From positions 6,089 to 70,088 of the IMG/VR virus record IMGVR_UViG_3300021091_000059: a stretch of DNA of 64,000 nucleotides. The stretch is one strand, 5' to 3'. Under the pieces are notes generated by a model, which was given only the letters and a program-made list of their open reading frames with translations, was not told the origin of the DNA and made no database searches. The position numbers were made by a program, and so were the translations under genes. This DNA comes from a virus. Positions 57,805 through 64,000 of the stretch are shown here, piece after piece (the stretch's first letter is position 1; every line of letters begins with the position of its first letter).

Positions 57805-58452
57805 ATGGCAATCAGTCAAATAACAGCTGCTTCAATTGCAGACGGAACAGTAGTTGCAGCCGATATTGCAGCTAACGCAATCACCACAGTTAAAATAGCA
57901 GACGCCAATGTAACAGCCGCAAAACTTGCATCCACAGCAGTTACATCAGGCACCTATGGTGGTTCTACACAAATTCCAGTCATTACAGTAGACCAACAAG
58001 GTCGTTTAACTTCTGCTGCTAATACATCATTAGTTGCATTATCAAACGGACAACTATCAATCGTTTCTTCAAGTATTGGTGTCATACCAGATGCTCCAGC
58101 TTCAGCCTCACCTTATAAGATTCTAGGTCAAATCGCTGGTGTGGCCAATACAAACTCTAATGTGTATGTGGTTCCAGCTTCAACGAATACTGTTGTCAAT
58201 CTAATTACAGTTTGTAATGGCACACAAAACAATATTCTCATTGATTTAGTCGCCAGACCTTCTACTGAAGCATTAGCAACTAAACATTTTATTCTTAAAT
58301 CACTTAACATACCTGCAGCTGATACATTAGTATTAGATACAGGTGTAACATTACCAACATCAGCAATTCTTTCAGCTAATGTAACAGGTGCTAATGCGTC
58401 CTCTTCAGCTGCAGGTGTTGCTATTCACGCTTATGGAGTTGAAATCAAATAA
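57805..58452 (+). CDS. Tail fibre/adaptor-associated protein
   Basis: IADGTV/IAANAIT/IADANVT repeats, GTYG..ITVDQQGRLTSA and a C-terminal YVVPAST domain. Confidence 0.65.
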   Translation: MAISQITAASIADGTVVAADIAANAITTVKIADANVTAAKLASTAVTSGTYGGSTQIPVITVDQQGRLTSAANTSLVALSNGQLSIVSSSIGVIPDAPASASPYKILGQIAGVANTNSNVYVVPASTNTVVNLITVCNGTQNNILIDLVARPSTEALATKHFILKSLNIPAADTLVLDTGVTLPTSAILSANVTGANASSSAAGVAIHAYGVEIK

Positions 58453-58790
58453 TGGCTAACGCACTTAAAATTTTAGGACAATTAAATCCTACTGCAAATA
58501 CTCAAGGTAATGTGTATGTGGTTCCAGCTTCAACTTCAGCGGTTATCAATAACATTACAGTAGCAAATCAAACAGCAGCTAATGTATCCTATTCAATTAT
58601 TGTAATGCCATCTGGTGGTTTTTCAGCAACGGCAGCCAACACATATTTTGTGGTTCGTGGTGGTGTGGTTCCCGCCTCTGATACTGCATTGTTAAGTTTA
58701 GGTCTTACATTACCAGCTGGTACAATTCTAGCTGCCAATTCAAATTCGGGTTCAGTTTCAATATCAGCATTTGGTGTAGAGATTAGCTAA
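58452..58790 (+). CDS. Tail-associated protein, paralog of the upstream C-terminal domain
   Basis: KILGQ..NVYVVPAST..ITV.N...GLTLP...AFGVEI shared with the previous ORF. Confidence 0.6.
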   Translation: MANALKILGQLNPTANTQGNVYVVPASTSAVINNITVANQTAANVSYSIIVMPSGGFSATAANTYFVVRGGVVPASDTALLSLGLTLPAGTILAANSNSGSVSISAFGVEIS

Positions 58791-59776
58791 TGGCTGAAAT
58801 CAAGTATTTTAGTTCCGATAACAACGGATCTTTTGTTCGGCCTTCTGGTTACGCTTATCCAGCAGGATTATCTTTAGGTCCTGCTGTAACTACTGACTTT
58901 TTAGTTGTAGCTGGAGGCGGCGGTGGCGGCGGTGTTGCTGGCGGAGACGGAACTGCTGGTGGCGGTGGCGGTGGTTTAAGAACTTCAGCTGGGTCTTCAG
59001 GTGGAGGTGCATCAGCAGAATCTGCAATTACTTTATCTACTCTTAATACTTATACTATTACAGTTGGAGCTGGAGGTAATGGCGGAACAACTGTTCCTAC
59101 TATTGGTAGTAATGGTTCAAATTCATCTATCAGTGGAACAGGAATTACAACTGTAACATCTATAGGTGGTGGTGGTGGAGGTAGAGGAGATATTGCTTCT
59201 CCATCAAGTAATGGAGCGTTAGGTGGTTCAGGCGGTGGTGGTGGATTTTTTTCACCCGCAAGTGGAACGGGCGGTGCTGGAACAGCTAATCAAGGTTATG
59301 CAGGTGGTAATGGTGGAACTTCTCCAAACACATCTCACAGACCGGGTGGTGGCGGAGGTGGTGCTGGAGCTGTAGGGCAGATAGGTCAAGCATCAAAAGG
59401 TGGAAATGGTGGAGCAGGCGTTTCATCAAATATTTCAGGTTCAAGTGTTGGATATGCAGGTGGCGGTGGAGGCTCTTCTTTTACTGCTAGCACACCTGGA
59501 ACAGCAACAGATGGAGGTGCAAGCTGTCCTGATACAAACGCAAATGGTAATAATGGAACTACTAACAGAGGTGGTGGTGGTTCTGCTGCTTCTCGTCAAA
59601 GCGGTGGCGGCTCTTTTACAGGTGGTGCTGGTGGTTCAGGTGTAGTCATCATATCTTACACATCAGCTACAGCTCTATTCACAGGTGGTACAGTCACAAC
59701 TTCTGCTGGTAAACAAATTCATACATTCACAGGATCAGGTTCATTAGTTGGTATACCAGTCTATTCCGTCAACTAA
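58790..59776 (+). CDS. Glycine-rich virion/receptor-binding-like protein 1
   Basis: LVVAGGGGGG, YTITVGAGG, GGSGVVII and IHTFT. Confidence 0.75.
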   Translation: MAEIKYFSSDNNGSFVRPSGYAYPAGLSLGPAVTTDFLVVAGGGGGGGVAGGDGTAGGGGGGLRTSAGSSGGGASAESAITLSTLNTYTITVGAGGNGGTTVPTIGSNGSNSSISGTGITTVTSIGGGGGGRGDIASPSSNGALGGSGGGGGFFSPASGTGGAGTANQGYAGGNGGTSPNTSHRPGGGGGGAGAVGQIGQASKGGNGGAGVSSNISGSSVGYAGGGGGSSFTASTPGTATDGGASCPDTNANGNNGTTNRGGGGSAASRQSGGGSFTGGAGGSGVVIISYTSATALFTGGTVTTSAGKQIHTFTGSGSLVGIPVYSVN

Positions 59777-59808
59777 ATAAAAGAAAAAATTCATTGAGAT
59801 TATTCTAA

Positions 59809-60750
59809 ATGGGAATCAAATACGCAGTTTCTAATCCAACAAACACTTTTGTAAGACCTAGCGGATATACATTTCCAGCGGGATTAAATGTAAGTCAAGC
59901 TCAATCCGATGCAATTGAATATCTAGTTGTTGCGGGCGGTGGAGGCGGTGGTAATAGTGGAGGCGGTGGCGGTGGCGCTGGTGGTCTATTAACAGGTTCT
60001 CTCACACTAACAAATTCTACACCTTATACTGTTACTGTTGGTTCTGGAGGAGCAACAGCCACTTCAGGAAGCAATTCTAGTTTTCCTGGAATAACTCCAT
60101 CTTCAGGTGGTGGTAGAGGTGCTTCTAATGGAGGTACCGGTACTTCAGGTGGTTCTGGCGGCGGCGGTGGAAGAACCGGATCAGGTTTTAGTGGTGGATT
60201 AGGAAACGCTGGCGGTTCAGGAACTCCAGGTCAAGGAAATAGTGGAGGATATAGTTATAATCACCTAAACGGCGCAGGTGGCGGTGGAGGTGGTGCTGGT
60301 GCTGCTGGCGCTAATGCAACTGATACTGATTCATATGCTGGTAAGGGTGGCGCAGGAAGTGCTTCTTCTATTACAGGAACTGCAACAACATATGCTGGAG
60401 GCGGCGGAGGAGGCTCAGGCAACACTGGACCATCACTTGGTACGGGCGGATCAAATCCTGCTCAAGTAGGTGGTTCTTCTGGTGGTGGAGGAAATGGTGG
60501 AGGTCCATCAGCTACATCAGGTTCTACAAACACTGGCGGAGGCGGAGGTGGCGGACAAGAAGGTGCAAATGGTGCATCTGGCGGTTCAGGTATCGTAGTA
60601 GTTCGTTATACAGGTTCTCAAAGAGCTACTGGTGGTTCTTCAATAAGTCCATCAGCTGCACCAGGTTATACTGTTCACACATTTACGGGTCCAGGAACAT
60701 TTGCAACCAATTCTAATTTTATTCAAGCTGCAACTTATTCAGTAAATTAA
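59809..60750 (+). CDS. Glycine-rich virion/receptor-binding-like protein 2
   Basis: Same architecture: EYLVVAGGG, GGSGIVVVRY and VHTFT. Confidence 0.75.
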   Translation: MGIKYAVSNPTNTFVRPSGYTFPAGLNVSQAQSDAIEYLVVAGGGGGGNSGGGGGGAGGLLTGSLTLTNSTPYTVTVGSGGATATSGSNSSFPGITPSSGGGRGASNGGTGTSGGSGGGGGRTGSGFSGGLGNAGGSGTPGQGNSGGYSYNHLNGAGGGGGGAGAAGANATDTDSYAGKGGAGSASSITGTATTYAGGGGGGSGNTGPSLGTGGSNPAQVGGSSGGGGNGGGPSATSGSTNTGGGGGGGQEGANGASGGSGIVVVRYTGSQRATGGSSISPSAAPGYTVHTFTGPGTFATNSNFIQAATYSVN

Positions 60751-60752
60751 TT

Positions 60753-61691
60753 ATGCCAAAAATAAAATACACAACAGTTGTAAGTAATAAATCTTTTATA
60801 AGACCAACAGGTTATGGATATCCTACAGGATTAAATCAAACACAAGCCGCTATTAGTGTAACTTCTATTGAATATCTTGTGGTTGCTGGTGGCGGTGGAG
60901 CTGGAATTCAACGAGGTAGCGGTGGCGGCGCTGGTGGATATCTAACAGGAACATCACCAGTAAGCGTTTCAACAGCATATACTGTGACTGTTGGTAGTGG
61001 TGGTGCTGGTGCAATTGATAGGAATACTATTGCTAGTTCTGGATCAAATTCTGTAATATCGGGTTCAGGATTAACTACTATTACATCTACTGGCGGCGGC
61101 GGAGGTCATGGTGGCGGTGGTGCTAATAGAAACGGAGGTTCTGGAGGATCTGGCGGAGGCGGTGGAGGATCTAATCCTGCTGGGGTAGGCGGTTCAGGTA
61201 CACCCGGACAAGGTAATACTGGTGGAAACGGAGTTAATGATGCTAGTGGCGGCGGCGGTGGAGGTTCTGGTTCTGTAGGAGGTAATGGTAGTGGATCTAA
61301 TGGAGGTGCAGGTGGAAATGGAACCGCATCCTCTATAACTGGTTCATCAGTTACATACGCTGGTGGTGGTGGTGGCGGTGGTAATGGAGGTACTAATGGT
61401 CTTGGTGGTCCTGGTACTCCTGGAGTTTCAGGTGGTAACGCAGGTTCTGCTACTACTAAAACAAATGGAGTAACTAATAGAGGTGGTGGTGGTGGTGGTC
61501 AAGCTGGTGCAGCTGAAACCGCACCAGGTAGTTCTGGCGGATCCGGTATCGTAGTTATCCGTTATTCGGGTAGTCAAGGCGCCACAGGCGGAACAGTAAC
61601 AACATCACCGGGATATACTATTCATACCTTTACTGGACCAGGAACATTTACAACTAATGCAGCCACATCAGCCATTTATTCCATAAACTAA
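60753..61691 (+). CDS. Glycine-rich virion/receptor-binding-like protein 3
   Basis: Same architecture: EYLVVAGGG, GGSGIVVIRY and IHTFT. Confidence 0.75.
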   Translation: MPKIKYTTVVSNKSFIRPTGYGYPTGLNQTQAAISVTSIEYLVVAGGGGAGIQRGSGGGAGGYLTGTSPVSVSTAYTVTVGSGGAGAIDRNTIASSGSNSVISGSGLTTITSTGGGGGHGGGGANRNGGSGGSGGGGGGSNPAGVGGSGTPGQGNTGGNGVNDASGGGGGGSGSVGGNGSGSNGGAGGNGTASSITGSSVTYAGGGGGGGNGGTNGLGGPGTPGVSGGNAGSATTKTNGVTNRGGGGGGQAGAAETAPGSSGGSGIVVIRYSGSQGATGGTVTTSPGYTIHTFTGPGTFTTNAATSAIYSIN

Positions 61692-61702
61692 TAAATAATC
61701 CT

Positions 61703-61710
61703 TATAAATA
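61703..61710 (+). promoter_or_regulatory. T4-type late promoter TATAAATA
   Basis: Exact consensus upstream of ORF 61746. Confidence 0.7.
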
Positions 61711-61745
61711 TGAGTATCACTATTTTTCATGGAGGTAAGTAACAA

Positions 61746-62135
61746 ATGGCACATTTCGCTAAAGTAAATTCAGATAATGTCGTAGTTGAAGTTCACGCAG
61801 TTGATAATTGGAACTGTGTTGACGGAGAAGGTAACGAATCAGAAGCAGCCGGCCGTGCATGGCAAGAAAGCGTATTCGGCGTTCAAGAAGGCATTCGTTG
61901 GATTCAAACATCATATAACCACAACATTCGTAAAAACTATGCTGGTATCGGCATGACGTATGACGAAGGTCGTGACGCATTTATTCATCCAAAACCATAT
62001 CCAAGTTGGGTATTAAATGAAACAACTTGTCGTTGGGAAGCACCAACACCAATGCCAACAGACGCAGCTGAAAATGAATTCTATCGCTGGGATGAAGACA
62101 CCACATCTTGGGTTAAAGAGACAAGACCAGAATAA
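61746..62135 (+). CDS. Conserved tail-associated/chaperone-like protein
   Basis: MAHFAK, WIQTSYN, RKNYAGIG, PKPYPSW and WEAPTP; a type typically found next to Gly-rich proteins. Confidence 0.7.
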   Translation: MAHFAKVNSDNVVVEVHAVDNWNCVDGEGNESEAAGRAWQESVFGVQEGIRWIQTSYNHNIRKNYAGIGMTYDEGRDAFIHPKPYPSWVLNETTCRWEAPTPMPTDAAENEFYRWDEDTTSWVKETRPE

Positions 62136-62151
62136 TATTATATTTTATAAG

Positions 62152-62174
62152 AAACCCGCTACGGCGGGTTTTTT
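62152..62174 (+). terminator. Rho-independent terminator
   Basis: AAACCCGC-tacg-GCGGGTTT followed by a T-run. Confidence 0.9.
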
Positions 62175-62258
62175 ATTGCCTCATATTTCTACCAATAAGT
62201 GTATAATTAACATAAATCAAAAGGTAATTAAATAGTTTTATTATCACCTTAAAATAGC

Positions 62259-62287
62259 TTGACATTTAGCATAAATGAGTGTATGAT
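62259..62287 (+). promoter_or_regulatory. sigma70-type promoter
   Basis: TTGACA-17bp-TATGAT. Confidence 0.7.
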
Positions 62288-62309
62288 ACTATATTATTAG
62301 AAAAATTAA

Positions 62310-62906
62310 ATGAGCGTATTGAATAATTTTGTAAGGCCCATTGAAATGATTAACAAAGACCTAGAATCTTATGTGACCGTGTTCCAAGGAGCTATTCCAC
62401 ACGATATATGTCATCAAACTTGTATTGAATTAGACAAAGTAGATTGGCAACAACACACATTCTACAATGTCAATACTGATTCATATCATTCAACTGAAAA
62501 AGAATTATCGGTGTTTTTTAATGATGTTAAAACAAAACCTCAGCTCATGCAAATGACACACACTTTAATTACACAATACATGAAAGACTTAAATTTTTCA
62601 TGGTTTAGTGGCTGGGCTGGTTTTACAGAAATTCGTTTCAATCGTTATGCTGAACAAACCAATATGAAATTACATTGTGATCATATTCATTCAATGTTTG
62701 ATGGTAAAATAAAAGGTATACCTACATTAAGTATTGTTGGTAATCTCAATTCAAATTATGAAGGCGCTGAGTTTGTAATGTGGGACCAGGTTATTCCTTT
62801 AGGTGAAGGTGATGTGTTGATATTTCCATCAAACTTCATGTATCCACATTTAGTAAGAGATTGCACTAAAGGTATCCGTTATTCATTCGTATCTTGGGTT
62901 TATTAA
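62310..62906 (+). CDS. 2OG-Fe(II) oxygenase (prolyl 4-hydroxylase-like)
   Basis: HCD, LNSNYEGAEF, FPSNFMYPHLV and GIRYSFVSW. Confidence 0.9.
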   Translation: MSVLNNFVRPIEMINKDLESYVTVFQGAIPHDICHQTCIELDKVDWQQHTFYNVNTDSYHSTEKELSVFFNDVKTKPQLMQMTHTLITQYMKDLNFSWFSGWAGFTEIRFNRYAEQTNMKLHCDHIHSMFDGKIKGIPTLSIVGNLNSNYEGAEFVMWDQVIPLGEGDVLIFPSNFMYPHLVRDCTKGIRYSFVSWVY

Positions 62907-63049
62907 TGACAGACCAAGAAATTGAATTATATTATAAAAGAATGTTAGACTATTTTGGTTATCTTCCAAACTTTGAAAGAGAACCAAGACGATTTACTTA
63001 TTATGTTAGAATATACAAATATCTAAATAGAGAATCAACCACAAGTTGA
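62906..63049 (+). CDS. Small hypothetical protein (47 aa)
   Basis: Not in the ORF track; ATG overlaps the previous stop; LPNFEREPRRFTYYVRIY. Confidence 0.55.
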   Translation: MTDQEIELYYKRMLDYFGYLPNFEREPRRFTYYVRIYKYLNRESTTS

Positions 63050-63078
63050 GTTTATTAATAACCCAAAAGGTGAATACA

Positions 63079-63225
63079 ATGTTAGAAAACAAAAAAGAAG
63101 ATGTTAAAGATTTAGCCACAGAAGCTGCTGTATTGAGTTTAATTCCAGATGAAACTCCACCATGCAAAGAAGACGATAAAGCTTGCACAAGAAGATGGAT
63201 TGAATCGTTATCAGATTGTGCCTAA
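63079..63225 (+). CDS. Small Cys-containing peptide (48 aa)
   Basis: Not in the ORF track; AAGGTG RBS; ...PPCKEDDKACTRRWIESLSDCA. Confidence 0.55.
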   Translation: MLENKKEDVKDLATEAAVLSLIPDETPPCKEDDKACTRRWIESLSDCA

Positions 63226-63248
63226 AATAAATTTTATATGATGACCTT

Positions 63249-63482
63249 GTGATGAATATATTACCTGAAGTAAAAAAAACCATAGACAATATCAAAAACT
63301 CAAGTTATTTTTGCGTTAATTTGCCTATGACCATTCCAATTAAATATCTTAAAAGAATACCTTTTCCTATATCCATTAATGATGATGAGCTACTTGCCTA
63401 TGTGTTAGCACTTAATGAAAATGAGGCCTATGAAAAAGTATATTCTTATCTTAATTCAATAGATGATTCTGATACAATATGA
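63249..63482 (+). CDS. Hypothetical protein
   Basis: ORF in the + strand array. Confidence 0.45.
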   Translation: MMNILPEVKKTIDNIKNSSYFCVNLPMTIPIKYLKRIPFPISINDDELLAYVLALNENEAYEKVYSYLNSIDDSDTI

Positions 63483-63496
63483 TAAACATAAAAAAA

Positions 63497-64000
63497 ATGA
63501 ATAATATAACAACGATTGTTGAACCAGAAATCTCTGGTATTTTTCCAACACCGATTTATGTTTCTCATATGAATAGACCATTTACATCTTCAGAAATGAA
63601 AATCTTTCAAAATGCCGAACAAAAAACTGTGTCAAATGCTGGTAACATTACAAGTGCCAATAATTATATACTCAATGAACCTGGTTTGGAAGATGTTCGT
63701 AATATTCTCACAGCTCATGTAGCAGAATTCATTAAAAGAATTTATGTACCAAAATATGAAATGGCACCATATATTACACAATCATGGACAAATTATACTA
63801 AAGAAAAAGAATGGCATCATAGCCATGAACATCCAAATAGTTTTATTTCTGGTGTATTATACATCAATGCAAATGATGAACATGATAAAATTACATTTCA
63901 GAAAAAAGGTTATCAACAAATCAAACCGGTGCCTTCAGAATGGAATTGGTATAATTCAGAATCATGGTTTTATACTGTGAAGACTGGCATGATTATTTTA
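63497..64000 (+). CDS. 2OG-Fe(II) oxygenase (TIGR02466-like), truncated by the window end
   Basis: IFPTPIY, ITQSWTN and HHSHEHPNSFISGVLY. Confidence 0.85.
   Translation, partial: MNNITTIVEPEISGIFPTPIYVSHMNRPFTSSEMKIFQNAEQKTVSNAGNITSANNYILNEPGLEDVRNILTAHVAEFIKRIYVPKYEMAPYITQSWTNYTKEKEWHHSHEHPNSFISGVLYINANDEHDKITFQKKGYQQIKPVPSEWNWYNSESWFYTVKTGMIIL

Noticed and set aside
58790-61691. GC-rich GGN repeats as a foreign island or diversity-generating retroelement target
   Set aside because: Explained by glycine codons; no reverse transcriptase or TR/VR adenine-mismatch repeat pair seen
526-63295. Numerous short minus-strand and alternate-frame ORFs in the track (e.g. 21188-21628, 45838-46431, 51748-52140)
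   Set aside because: All overlap well-supported + strand genes, lack RBS or motifs, and are the expected antisense shadows of biased codon usage
63744-63980. 78-aa ORF in the track at the window end
   Set aside because: Out-of-frame shadow of the 2OG-Fe(II) oxygenase that starts at 63497 and runs off the window

Overview
A 64-kb, AT-rich segment of a large T4-like (Kyanoviridae/Tevenvirinae-style) myovirus genome, coded almost entirely on the + strand. It runs from the 3' end of portal gp20 through the head genes (gp21/22/23), gp3, uvsY/uvsW, gp55, gp47/46, cobT/cobS, gp1, gp45/44/62, regA, gp43, uvsX, gp41, gp61 and nrdAB to Gly-rich tail-associated genes. Auxiliary genes include def, hsp20, erpA/iscU, 2OG-Fe(II) oxygenases and an unannotated 23-aa PqqA, whose sequence points to a Methylophilaceae-type betaproteobacterial host (inference). 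The best candidate for an undescribed system is at 13.8-15.3 kb. A DUF4338/DruA-like (GNAT/Mom-related) gene is followed directly by two tandem, structurally aberrant tRNA-Gly-like RNAs that keep all glycyl-tRNA synthetase identity elements but lose translation features. A second paralog of the enzyme lies right after helicase gp41. This suggests dedicated Gly-tRNA donors for a non-ribosomal (probably DNA-modifying) glycyl transfer. Other highlights: a ligase-like, HAD phosphatase and kinase set carrying T4-type capsid-targeting sequences, a ROSE-like thermometer before hsp20, a 5'-UTR pseudoknot and tandem operator boxes. All family calls come from motif recognition by eye; no searches were run.
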